This document shows, piece after piece, positions 44,995 through 54,357 of a DNA stretch of 64,000 nt; position 1 is the stretch's first letter; each line of letters starts with the position of its first letter. The notes beneath the pieces are model-generated. The model saw only the letters and a list, made by a program, of their open reading frames with translations, had not been told where the DNA came from and did not search any database. Both the position numbers and the translations under genes were made by a program. Source of the stretch: Minisyncoccia bacterium (GTDB lineage Bacteria > Patescibacteriota > Minisyncoccia > Phycocordibacterales > Phycocordibacteraceae); contig JBBRPE010000001.1 in assembly GCA_038228545.1 (NCBI GenBank), forward strand, positions 110,924-174,923, read 5' to 3'.

Positions 44995-45851
44995 TGAATT
45001 CTGAATAGGTCACGCAGCTCTTTTGGGCGTATCGAAGAGAAACCGTGCATCAGTGTCCATACATTGAAAGCACCCACCCCGAAGAGTAGATCGAGTAGTG
45101 GAATGACATTCAGGAGGTAGAGAACGGCAAGGAACACGAGCGCGAGATTGAGGGCGACCACGCGCCAGATATATTCAGTTCGCTGGGGTTTCTGTTCGGT
45201 GCGTTCTGATAATTTAAACCAGTATACCGCATACCAGATGAGGTAGTGCACGAGTATTAGGCCCCAGAACCACATAATCGCGTACCCTGGAACAAATTTC
45301 TGGGCAAGGAAATACAAGATGATACTGAGTACCGCCCAGCTAAAAAATGCGTACGACGTCGTCGTAGGTGCCCGCTTGTTTCGAACACACAACACGACGT
45401 AGCATATGATTGCAAGCACGGAAAGTCCTGCCATGTACGGAAGTATATGCAGAGAAAGGTACCCTTCCGCAATCATGGCTCCGTAGATGAGCATGAACGG
45501 TAACGCTTCAAGTGCGGTATACACGGAGTGTTTCTTATTGAGAAGTCGTCCCTCATCGAGTGCGAAATGAAGAAGGAAACCGGCACCCGTAATGAAGTTA
45601 TAGTAGGAAACCGGAACAAGGAGAACAAGCCAAAGCAAAAACGAAAAGCCGCCGGAGAGTAGTGCTATTTTCCGTCCATCAAGTTTTCCGGCTTCTGCCT
45701 GATACCAATACGCAAGCAAGAAGTGTCCTTGGCCGAGCACAATAACGGTAAAGGCCATGAGCTTGAACGGCAGAATAAGCGCCACAGCGATCGTAATAAT
45801 CACCGATATAACTCGGACCAGAATTACTTCGACGAACATGGTGCGCGACAT
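44991..45851 (-). CDS. polytopic membrane protein with four conserved His
   Basis: LGQGHF, LHFALDE, VHYLIW, WTLMH; paralog of the next gene; TATACT 6 nt before ATG 45851. Confidence 0.8.
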   Translation of the reverse strand: MSRTMFVEVILVRVISVIITIAVALILPFKLMAFTVIVLGQGHFLLAYWYQAEAGKLDGRKIALLSGGFSFLLWLVLLVPVSYYNFITGAGFLLHFALDEGRLLNKKHSVYTALEALPFMLIYGAMIAEGYLSLHILPYMAGLSVLAIICYVVLCVRNKRAPTTTSYAFFSWAVLSIILYFLAQKFVPGYAIMWFWGLILVHYLIWYAVYWFKLSERTEQKPQRTEYIWRVVALNLALVFLAVLYLLNVIPLLDLLFGVGAFNVWTLMHGFSSIRPKELRDLFRIQ

Positions 45852-45870
45852 GAAGGTAGTATAGCCGACT

Positions 45871-46734
45871 CTACAGATTGAGCGGTGTTTTCGTACCACT
45901 TACCCATCGAGACGCAAAGATGAAATGCGCAAAGGTCCACGCGTAATAGTAGGCGGGAGCGAATACGTATTTCAATCCGCTTACGCCCCCGTACACGAAC
46001 AAGAGGAACCCACCCAGAGATGCCGTAAAGGTAATGAGGTTATCCATCCAATATTGGCGTGCACGCGGCGTGCCCTGCACCTTCGCGGCATAACCGATGA
46101 ACCAATTGAAATAATGAAGGAGAATTATAAGCGCGAGCACTTGACCGGGCACATGGAATGCGAACGCGGCCACGCAGGCAAGCGCCTCTACCAGCCAGAG
46201 ATAGCGCTCGGTAGCCGACGGCGCAAGCGACGGCACCAGGAGGCGAATAATTGCTACGAGCGCAAGGACGACGACCAGCGCCTCGGAAGCAATTTGGTAC
46301 TGCGGGAAAAAAGCATTCAAAGAAAGGGTGAAATAGAGGAGGACAAAACCGGCGATGCTGACGAGGCTCGTTCGCGTTATTTTTTCTCCCTGCAGGTAGA
46401 ACTCGTCTACCGCGAAATGGAGGCCAAAAAAGAACGGCATTGCGAGGAGGAGCGGTGTAAAGCTTCCCCACAGCATGAAATACGCAACCGTAACGGCGAG
46501 CGCGAGTATGATGGTCACCCCATACCGCTTGGTCTTCATGCGACCGCCGCGATATTGGTAGATATACATCATCACGAAATGTGATTGCCCGAGCACAACG
46601 AACGTGGAGACTATTAGATTCGGCGACAGCAACACCGCAGCGACGGTGACCAGTACCGGTAGGCCAATGTTGCGCACGAATACAAGCGGGGATGTTGCGT
46701 CCAATAGACGGGGTTGTTCGCCGGCGGAAGTCAT
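45871..46734 (-). CDS. polytopic membrane protein with four conserved His
   Basis: LGQSHF, LHFAVDE, LHYFNW, WTFAH. Confidence 0.8.
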   Translation of the reverse strand: MTSAGEQPRLLDATSPLVFVRNIGLPVLVTVAAVLLSPNLIVSTFVVLGQSHFVMMYIYQYRGGRMKTKRYGVTIILALAVTVAYFMLWGSFTPLLLAMPFFFGLHFAVDEFYLQGEKITRTSLVSIAGFVLLYFTLSLNAFFPQYQIASEALVVVLALVAIIRLLVPSLAPSATERYLWLVEALACVAAFAFHVPGQVLALIILLHYFNWFIGYAAKVQGTPRARQYWMDNLITFTASLGGFLLFVYGGVSGLKYVFAPAYYYAWTFAHFIFASRWVSGTKTPLNL

Positions 46735-46758
46735 AGCTCCAGTATAACAAGAGAGGAA

Positions 46759-48117
46759 TTAGTGTCCTGACACCGTATCAATATCTGCCTGGAAATCTGA
46801 CGCATAGCTCATAACACTATTCGCGTACGCCTGCGCAGCGCCGGAGGCCCAACCACCTCCAGCATAGTATTTGGCAGCGGCCGTGTGTTCTGCGGTTATG
46901 TTTCCGCCCACACCTCCTACGTCTTGTAGGTAGAAGCCGGTTGCGACAATGGCATGGAGAGCGTTCCAGGGATCAGTCGCGGAAACGTTCAGTGCTGACT
47001 TTATACGTGACTGGTAGAGCACCCACGTAGAAGGAATAAACTGAGTTGGGCCCATAGCTCCTCCGTAGCCTCCGGATTGTGGACACGATACGGCAGTGGT
47101 GGACCAATCCCGACCAAGTGCATCCATGAGACTTTTGAAGACAGTAGTATCGCGGGGTGCTTTCATAACGCCGGAGAACGGTGTACCGGTATTCTTTCCT
47201 TTCCCGTCGCCTGTCACAAGATCAGTCACGAGACACTGTCCGGTATTCTTTCCCAAATTCGATTCCTGTCTAAGAATAGCGAGGATGAACGCCGGACGGA
47301 CTCCCGTTAACTTCGAGGCAATAGTTGCGTCGTCAATTGCGGTACCGAGCGGTATCGCTCCCCCGCCACCAGCCAAACCGAACAGTTCTGCACGTATCTG
47401 CGTCGCAGTTTTTTGCTGAGATGCCACAATCTCCTGATATTTCGACTCTTGACCCTTTGTCGCTGCGAGAAGCTGCTGCTTTTGGGTTTGTTGATCCACA
47501 ACCTGTTTCTTTGCCTGAAGTTGGAGCTGTGCAATCTGTTCCTGCTGTGTGAGCTGTGTCTCAAGCGCGTCCTTTTCTGTCTGAGCCTTCAGCTTTATGC
47601 CCGTTATTTGTGTATAGGAATCTCCAAGCGATTTTTTTAGGAACACATAGGAATCAAGATCCCCAAACAGTTTTGAGAGGTCTTGCGCGGAAAAGGCCAC
47701 CTCTACTATGGAGTAGTGATCTATCTCATCGGTTTTTCTAAGTATTTGAGCCAACGACTCTTTTTCGCTGTCTAGCTTGTTTGAAAGCGTTGAAATAGTC
47801 TTCTGATGTATGGTGATGTTCGTCCCGAGCTGTGAGATGGCGACTTGCGTAGCTTTCACCTGCAACTGTGCCGCTTTAATCTTTGCATTCAATGTCTGGA
47901 CTTCAGTTGAGAGTGACTTTCCTTGTGCATCGAGTGTGTCTACCACTGCTTGATTCTGGGCTATCTGCTTATTGAGGTCATCGAGTTGCGCTTGGAGCTG
48001 TGCGCGTCTGTCGTCAGTAGTCTGGGCATAAAGTGCCTGTGGTAGAACTGCCCCGGTGAGAGCAACGAGTAGGAGAATGCCGACGAGCACGGCTTGTACG
48101 AAGAACCGAGAACGCAT
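46759..48117 (-). CDS. secreted coiled-coil protein with C-terminal lytic transglycosylase domain
   Basis: Signal peptide, long coiled coil, AILRQESNLG, GAMGPTQFIPSTW, DPWN. Confidence 0.88.
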   Translation of the reverse strand: MRSRFFVQAVLVGILLLVALTGAVLPQALYAQTTDDRRAQLQAQLDDLNKQIAQNQAVVDTLDAQGKSLSTEVQTLNAKIKAAQLQVKATQVAISQLGTNITIHQKTISTLSNKLDSEKESLAQILRKTDEIDHYSIVEVAFSAQDLSKLFGDLDSYVFLKKSLGDSYTQITGIKLKAQTEKDALETQLTQQEQIAQLQLQAKKQVVDQQTQKQQLLAATKGQESKYQEIVASQQKTATQIRAELFGLAGGGGAIPLGTAIDDATIASKLTGVRPAFILAILRQESNLGKNTGQCLVTDLVTGDGKGKNTGTPFSGVMKAPRDTTVFKSLMDALGRDWSTTAVSCPQSGGYGGAMGPTQFIPSTWVLYQSRIKSALNVSATDPWNALHAIVATGFYLQDVGGVGGNITAEHTAAAKYYAGGGWASGAAQAYANSVMSYASDFQADIDTVSGH

Positions 48118-48141
48118 ATCGTGATGTAGTATAGCAGACGC

Positions 48142-48178
48142 AAGAAACGCCGATTCCTGTACGGAATCGGCGTTTCTT
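48142..48178 (-). terminator. terminator after rplY
   Basis: AAGAAACGCCGATTCC-TGTAC-GGAATCGGCGTTTCTT. Confidence 0.75.
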
Positions 48179-48191
48179 CATGTAAAACTAG

Positions 48192-48833
48192 TTACTCGGC
48201 TTCTGCGGAATCATCAGCTGCCTTACCCTTCGATTCAACTTCGATGGAATCCATATCAGGGCCGGTTGATTCGGTTTCAACCTCAATTTCAACTGCTTGT
48301 ATAAGCGCGACGACTTCTTCACCGTCAACCATCACCGTAACGCCATGGGGAATCGAGAGATCGCTCACGTGAATCTGGTCGCCTTCGGCGGCAAGTTTCG
48401 AAATATCTACCTCAATTTCGTGTGGAAGGTTTGCCGCATCAGCTTCGATTTCGAGCTCATGCATAACCTTCACGAGGTTGAACCCGGCCTTCACGGCTGC
48501 CGACTCACCGACGAATTCAAGCGGCACGGCGATTTCAACCTTCGCACCCTTCACAAGAGCAAGCAGGTCGGTGTGGCGAGGTACGCTCGTTACTGGATCG
48601 TAGTCCACATCATGGATGAGCACCTGCAGGTCCTTGCCGATTCCCGTAAGCGAAAGCACGGATGATTCGCCCGCATCGCGGAGGATTTTCTTGAAATCAT
48701 GCAGATCAAGGGAGATGGAGATTGGCTCCTGTTTTGGTCCGTATACAACCGCAGGAATACGGCCCTCCTTTACGAGAGCGCGAGCGGCTTCCTTGCCGGT
48801 TAGTTCACGAGTCTGTGCATTCAAAGTGACCAT
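48192..48833 (-). CDS. rplY: 50S ribosomal protein L25/Ctc
   Basis: GRIPAVVYG, VPLEFVGES, LPHEIEVDIS, IHVSDL. Confidence 0.94.
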   Translation of the reverse strand: MVTLNAQTRELTGKEAARALVKEGRIPAVVYGPKQEPISISLDLHDFKKILRDAGESSVLSLTGIGKDLQVLIHDVDYDPVTSVPRHTDLLALVKGAKVEIAVPLEFVGESAAVKAGFNLVKVMHELEIEADAANLPHEIEVDISKLAAEGDQIHVSDLSIPHGVTVMVDGEEVVALIQAVEIEVETESTGPDMDSIEVESKGKAADDSAEAE

Positions 48834-48901
48834 ATATATGTATCTATTTACCTGGCGAGTATGCCTGAAAACAATCGGAATGGCAAGATACGAGGCCTTT
48901 T

Positions 48902-49900
48902 CTAGCCCTTAAGGGCATCAGTCACCTTCTCAAGGCGCTCAAGAAAAACTACTCGAGCTGCCTTCACGTTCTTCGGGTCTCCTTTCCAGACATCAAGCGC
49001 TTCTTCCTGAAGAGCACGGGCATAGGAGTACGTTAGTGGCCAGGGAGCTCCCTTTTCCCTTGCTACTTTGCAAATTGCGCGAAGATTTTCTGTTGCCTGA
49101 TCGGGGGTCTGTCCACCAGAAAGAAACACGATGCCGGCTAGGTTTGGCGGTACGTGCGCCATAAGTACCTCAACGGTGTCGTTCGCCACTTCCTCGGGCG
49201 TGTCCATACGCCCGCTTTCCTTTCCGGACAACACCATCGATGTTTTCAAAATAGCCCCGGACATATCGACCGCATGGTCAGTAAGCGCATCAAACACGGT
49301 GCGGAGTGTTGCTTCGAGGACCTGTTTCGTGCGCACACGGCTATGCTTCCCTTCATAGAGGACTTCTGGCTCTATGAGCGGCACCATGGACACTTCCTGT
49401 GCATCACGTGCGTAGGTCGCAAGACGGCGTGCGTTTTCTACCAAAGCTTGGGCCGTTGGAAGTGTATCTCCTTCGATGCGCACTACCGCGCGCCACTTCG
49501 TAAAGCCAGTCTCGTATTCCTTATGATACTCAATCAATCGGTCGCAGAGTCCAATGACACCTTTTGTAATGAGCTCATCCGGACTTTCTGAGAATGGTTC
49601 GGTACCTTCATCTACTTTAATACCAGGAATGATGCCGCGCTCAGCAAGCGACTTCGGAAACAACTTCTTATCGTTTCCCTTTTCGGCAAGTGTTTCTTTG
49701 TAGAGGATGACGCCGGAAAGGTACTTTTCAATACCGGGAGCGCCAAGGAATAGATCGCGGAATGCGCGACGGTTTTCATCGGTTCCTGCGACTCCATACA
49801 GAGCGAGGCGTTTATCCGCGCTCGCTGTGCTTTCGTCTGCCGCGAGTATCCCCTTGCCTGGCGCAAGAAGTTTGTGTGCAGTATCGAAAAGATCAGTCAT
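48902..49900 (-). CDS. fructose-bisphosphate aldolase class I
   Basis: GKGILAADES, GIKVDEG, KWRAV, IEPEV, FLSGGQ, SYARALQ. Confidence 0.94.
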   Translation of the reverse strand: MTDLFDTAHKLLAPGKGILAADESTASADKRLALYGVAGTDENRRAFRDLFLGAPGIEKYLSGVILYKETLAEKGNDKKLFPKSLAERGIIPGIKVDEGTEPFSESPDELITKGVIGLCDRLIEYHKEYETGFTKWRAVVRIEGDTLPTAQALVENARRLATYARDAQEVSMVPLIEPEVLYEGKHSRVRTKQVLEATLRTVFDALTDHAVDMSGAILKTSMVLSGKESGRMDTPEEVANDTVEVLMAHVPPNLAGIVFLSGGQTPDQATENLRAICKVAREKGAPWPLTYSYARALQEEALDVWKGDPKNVKAARVVFLERLEKVTDALKG

Positions 49901-49939
49901 ACGAAAAGTGTAGCATGCAGGCCGTGGTAAACTGGCCCT
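49901..49939. promoter_or_regulatory. back-to-back extended -10 promoters (leaderless) for the aldolase and the PfkB kinase
   Basis: TGCTACACT and TGGTAAACT, each 6 nt before the respective ATG. Confidence 0.6.
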
Positions 49940-50932
49940 ATGTCACAGATTGATTTTCTCGCCATAGGCGACATTGTTACCGAACCGTTTATTCGATTGA
50001 AAGAAGCTGAAATTCTCGACCGCGATGGCGCGGAGCCGAAGCTCGCCATGCGCTGGGGCGACAAAATTCCCTACGAATCAGCTACGGTGTGTGCTGCCGT
50101 CGGTAATGCTTCAAACGCTGCTGTCTCTGCAGCACGTCTCGGACTCAATTCCGCACTTCGTGCGTATGTAGGCGATGACACCTACGGTCGTGAAGATATC
50201 GATGTTCTTACACACGAGAACGTTTCGACGGAGTTCATTGTCACTGAGGCAGGAAAGAAATCAAACTATCACTATGTGCTCTGGTACGAGCAAGACCGTA
50301 CTATTCTGGTGAAGCACGAGGAGTTCAGTTACTCGGTTCCGGAAATTGCAGAGTCACCAAAGTGGCTCTATCTTTCCTCCCTTGCCGATCATTCGCTTCC
50401 GTACCATCAGGCATGGGGCACTTGGCTCAAAGAGCATCCAGAAACCAAGCTCGCGTTTCAGCCGGGCACCTTCCAGATGAAGCTGGGCATTGAAGCACTT
50501 AAAGACCTCTACGAAAGCACCGAGGTGTTCGTCGTAAACCGCGATGAAGCAGCGCGTATTCTGTCAGGCGATCGAGATGACATTCCAGCGCTCCTCACAG
50601 GACTGCACGCACTCGGACCGAAGACGGTTATTGTGACCGATAACACAAACGGTGCCTACGCGTCTGACGGTACGAAGAGCTACCACGTGCCGATGTATCC
50701 TGACCAACCAATGGCGTATGAACGCACAGGTGCAGGGGATGCGTTTGCGTCTACATTCGTGTCGGCACTAGCACTCGGTCTTAGTTTTGAAGATGCGCTT
50801 TTGTGGGCTCCCATTAACTCAATGGCCGTTGTACAGAAAATAGGCGCACAGGCTGGCTTACTCACGCGTGAGGAACTCGAGAAGTTCCTTGCAGACGCAC
50901 CACCGAGCTACAAGATCGAGTCGATAGCGTAA
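49940..50932 (+). CDS. PfkB family carbohydrate kinase
   Basis: GNASNAAVSAARLG, VGDD.YG, NRDEA, ERTGAGDAF. Confidence 0.92.
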   Translation: MSQIDFLAIGDIVTEPFIRLKEAEILDRDGAEPKLAMRWGDKIPYESATVCAAVGNASNAAVSAARLGLNSALRAYVGDDTYGREDIDVLTHENVSTEFIVTEAGKKSNYHYVLWYEQDRTILVKHEEFSYSVPEIAESPKWLYLSSLADHSLPYHQAWGTWLKEHPETKLAFQPGTFQMKLGIEALKDLYESTEVFVVNRDEAARILSGDRDDIPALLTGLHALGPKTVIVTDNTNGAYASDGTKSYHVPMYPDQPMAYERTGAGDAFASTFVSALALGLSFEDALLWAPINSMAVVQKIGAQAGLLTREELEKFLADAPPSYKIESIA

Positions 50933-51078
50933 GTCTGGGGTACGAGGAACGCTTTTAGTGGCACATCGTTAATGATGTGTACGATAATGAGTGTCGCAAA
51001 GCCACCAACAAGCGTTATGGCAAGGACGCCAAGATATGAATTAATCGCTAGATTTCGTGTTCGTAGATTTGTTTTCAT
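50908..51078 (-). CDS. 56-aa single-pass membrane protein (below the ORF-track cutoff)
   Basis: ATGA overlap with the transketolase stop; MKTNLRTRNLAINSYLGVLAITLVGGFATLIIVHIINDVPLKAFLVPQTYAIDSIL. Confidence 0.55.
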   Translation of the reverse strand: MKTNLRTRNLAINSYLGVLAITLVGGFATLIIVHIINDVPLKAFLVPQTYAIDSIL

Positions 51079-52058
51079 GAAATAAAAGTACGCACAGCAT
51101 CTGTAATGTGAGTAGAACCGAGACCATAGTGCTCGATGAGTTCATCCGGCTCTCCGGATTGCCCAAACACATCCTGTATACCCATTCGTACAACTGGCAC
51201 GGGGTATTTTTCGGATAGCATCTCGGCAACGGCACTTCCCATACCTCCAGCTGCCTGATGCTCTTCAATAGTTATCACACGGCCAGTTTTCCTTGCAGCC
51301 GCGATAATAGTGTCGCTATCGAGCGGTTTAATCGTATGTAGGTTAATAACTATGGTGCCGATACCGTCACTTTCGAGTGCGCGGGCAGCAAGGAGTGCGT
51401 TGTAGCAAAGTGAGCCGGTAGCAATCAAGGTGACCTTCGCCTTATCGCTTTCCCAAAGTGTAATTGCCTTCCCTATTTCAAACGGTGTCTCCGGGGTCGT
51501 AAACACCGGTGTTGCCGCCCTCCCGAACCTAATATAAGTAGGGTCGGCAGTCTTCGCTGCCGCAACAATTGCCTTCCTTCCCTCCTCGGCATCAGCCGGA
51601 TTAATAACAACCATATTCGGCAGCATGCGCATAAGTCCTATATCTTCGAGCATTTGGTGCGTCGCTCCATCGGGGCCCACCGACACGCCTGCATGCATAC
51701 CTCCTATCTTCACCGGTGTTTCGTTAAGAGCGATGGTTGTGCGTATCTGTTCGTAATTACGTCCTGGACTAAACGCTGCGTAACTCGCAATGAACGGTAT
51801 CTTCCCGACAGCTGCCATACCCGCTGCTGTTGCGGCCATGTTCTGCTCAGCAACACCCATCTCGATAAAGCGGTCTGGAAATTCTTTCTGGAACCACTCC
51901 GCACGTGTACTTTCAGCGAGGTCGGCACACAGTACAACCACGTTCCCGTTCGCCTTTCCGGCTTCAACCGTACCAAGTCCGAAGCCATCACGTGTCGGCT
52001 TCTTCTCGATGTCTTTATCGAAAAGATTCTCCTTCAGTTTTGTGTCGGGTTTAATCAT
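51075..52058 (-). CDS. transketolase, C-terminal subunit
   Basis: GVAEQNM, GPDGATHQ, EEHQAAGGMGSAV. Confidence 0.93.
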   Translation of the reverse strand: MIKPDTKLKENLFDKDIEKKPTRDGFGLGTVEAGKANGNVVVLCADLAESTRAEWFQKEFPDRFIEMGVAEQNMAATAAGMAAVGKIPFIASYAAFSPGRNYEQIRTTIALNETPVKIGGMHAGVSVGPDGATHQMLEDIGLMRMLPNMVVINPADAEEGRKAIVAAAKTADPTYIRFGRAATPVFTTPETPFEIGKAITLWESDKAKVTLIATGSLCYNALLAARALESDGIGTIVINLHTIKPLDSDTIIAAARKTGRVITIEEHQAAGGMGSAVAEMLSEKYPVPVVRMGIQDVFGQSGEPDELIEHYGLGSTHITDAVRTFIS

Positions 52059-52912
52059 GAATATTCGTGTGGAACTTTGCCGGCCATGGTGCGGATTTCT
52101 TTGAGGAACTTCTTTGCCTCTTCCTTGTTTGGTGCCTTTCCATGCCAGTGGTAGTCAAACTCGATATCAGGTACGCCCTTTCCTGGGATAGTGTGTGCAA
52201 TGATGACGGTCGGTTTTTCGTATATGGCTTTTGCCTCATCAACGGCTTCGATGAACTGACGAATGTTGTGTCCATCTACTTCAAGGACATGCCAGTTGAA
52301 GGCTTCATACTTCGCCTTGAGCGAATCAAGAGGCATGATGTCTTCCGTCATTCCGTCTATCTGGATATTATTGCGGTCTATGATGGCCGTGAGGTTCGAG
52401 AGCTTGTTCTTACCAATCCACATAACCGCCTCCCAGATTATTCCCTCGTCCTGCTCGCCATCACCCATGACGACATACGTGTGATTTTTCTTACCATCCA
52501 TACGAAGTGCGTACGCAATTCCGCCTGCCTGCGGAAGGCCCTCGCCAAGAGGTCCTGAGGTGGTTTCAAGTCCCGGAAGTTTGAGACGCTCCGGGTGACC
52601 TTGAAGCCGGGTACCAAATTTGCGAAGCGTGAGACATTCCTCTACCGGGAAATAGCCTGCGTGTGCCATTGCGGAGTAACGTACCGGCACAATGTGTCCA
52701 TTACTAAGTATCAAACGGTCGCGTTCTTCCCAGTCAGGTTTCTTTGGGTCGTGCTTGAGTACATGAAAGTAGAGTGCAGCGAATATATCTGCCATACCAA
52801 GCGGACCAGCGGTGTGACCGCTTCCGGCCGCAACCAACATGTTGATTATGGTCTCGCGAATATTTTCCGCCTTCTCTTCTATATTTTGAACTTGCTCATC
52901 CGTCAGCGACAT
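52055..52912 (-). CDS. transketolase, N-terminal (TPP-binding) subunit
   Basis: SGHTAG, RDRLILSNGH, LQGHP, GDGEQDEG, HTIPGKG. Confidence 0.93.
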   Translation of the reverse strand: MSLTDEQVQNIEEKAENIRETIINMLVAAGSGHTAGPLGMADIFAALYFHVLKHDPKKPDWEERDRLILSNGHIVPVRYSAMAHAGYFPVEECLTLRKFGTRLQGHPERLKLPGLETTSGPLGEGLPQAGGIAYALRMDGKKNHTYVVMGDGEQDEGIIWEAVMWIGKNKLSNLTAIIDRNNIQIDGMTEDIMPLDSLKAKYEAFNWHVLEVDGHNIRQFIEAVDEAKAIYEKPTVIIAHTIPGKGVPDIEFDYHWHGKAPNKEEAKKFLKEIRTMAGKVPHEYS

Positions 52913-52967
52913 ATTTTTAGAATATCACGCGTCCGGGTACAGAAACGGAATGAGGGCGTATGAAGGT

Positions 52968-53690
52968 CTACTCGTATAGACCGTGAGTGTCAGTTAATTC
53001 TGCGAACTCTGCAAACGCCGCCTTAATATCGTTCGAGCGCCAGATGCCGGAACCGACGACAAGGCGAGAGACGCCAGCGTTCAGGAGGAGACGTGCTGAC
53101 TCTAGATTCACTCCCCCGTCTACCTGTATCGGCATATCAGGATGCTTACTTCTGAATATTGCAATTTTGTTCAAGACTTCCGTTGCAAAGGGTTGTCCCT
53201 GCTTACCAATATTCTGTATTCCCATGAACTGCACGTAATCAATGTCACCGAGATACGGCTCGAGCAATTCTGAATTGGTATTAATGTTAATGGCGAGACC
53301 AAAAGAGAGTGATTCGGTTGCAAAACCCTTCTCATGTCCATATTTAACTTTTAAGTCCGTAATGAGACGCGGCATATACGTTGTTGATTCGAGGTGAGCC
53401 AGTATGCGTGTCGCTCCGGCAGCAATCCAGGTTCCAGTGATTTGCTCGGGGTCGCGTACCATTAAATCGACTTCTACATGCAAATTATCAATCTGTGGAA
53501 GCGTTCCTCCATTCGCAGACATGCGTGCAAATTCATCAGTGCCATTCGAGTATGGCCAAGAAGCTGGTTCAGCAAATACACCATCGACAATATCAACTTG
53601 CACGTCAGTCGCTATGCCTACTAAGCGAGCAAGCTTCTCGTCCAAATCAAGCTTTGATGTTGGAAGTATGGCAGGAACGATTATACCCAT
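52968..53690 (-). CDS. rpe: ribulose-phosphate 3-epimerase family protein
   Basis: VQVDIVDGVF, VDLMV, GKQGQPF, IQVDGGVN, LVVGS. Confidence 0.85.
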   Translation of the reverse strand: MGIIVPAILPTSKLDLDEKLARLVGIATDVQVDIVDGVFAEPASWPYSNGTDEFARMSANGGTLPQIDNLHVEVDLMVRDPEQITGTWIAAGATRILAHLESTTYMPRLITDLKVKYGHEKGFATESLSFGLAININTNSELLEPYLGDIDYVQFMGIQNIGKQGQPFATEVLNKIAIFRSKHPDMPIQVDGGVNLESARLLLNAGVSRLVVGSGIWRSNDIKAAFAEFAELTDTHGLYE

Positions 53691-53810
53691 ACGCTAAGTA
53701 TAGTGGGGCGGTTGTAGTGCTGATTCACGTAGGTGGATAAGCCCGACCTAGAATTTTGAAAGTCCGCGCATGTGACGTGACGAAGGTGCTCGGTGAAATA
53801 ACAGACCTGA

Positions 53811-54329
53811 CTAGGGATTCGCCCAACATCCTACTTCGCTCCAGGTCGTTCCGTCTGAAATACTGGTTCGCCCGCTACTGCCATAGCAAAGATAGCGCGC
53901 ACTACCAGCCTTCGCGCTTTCATAGGGAAGATATGCCAGGATAGTAAATTTGTCCGGACTGTCAGGATAGGTGTTAACAAAAAAGAGGCAGTACGTCCCA
54001 CAGGTTGTGCCACTCGATTGGAGGAGTTGATTACACACAGCAGAGGCTGACCCGGCATAATTACCGCCAAAGGAAATATAGCTACAGTGACTACTCTGTC
54101 CTATCCACCCAGTGTCTCCATTTTTTATTGCGGTATAACTTCCTGTTTCGCTGTATTCACTATTCATAATGAGGCGAAATTGCTGTGCCTCTTCTCGCAC
54201 CGCAGTATCAGCAGCGCGCAATCGTGCCATATGTAAATTCGCAAGTACCACTGAGGAAAGAAGTCCTATGATAGCGATAACAACGAGAAGTTCGATGAGG
54301 GTGAACCCGCGTGGTACTTCTCTTTTCAT
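53811..54329 (-). CDS. type IV pilin-like protein
   Basis: RG|FTLIELLVVIAIIG prepilin N-methylation motif; start corrected to ATG 54329. Confidence 0.9.
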   Translation of the reverse strand: MKREVPRGFTLIELLVVIAIIGLLSSVVLANLHMARLRAADTAVREEAQQFRLIMNSEYSETGSYTAIKNGDTGWIGQSSHCSYISFGGNYAGSASAVCNQLLQSSGTTCGTYCLFFVNTYPDSPDKFTILAYLPYESAKAGSARYLCYGSSGRTSISDGTTWSEVGCWANP

Positions 54330-54357
54330 ATTTTTAGGGCTGTAGAGGGGTTTTAAA

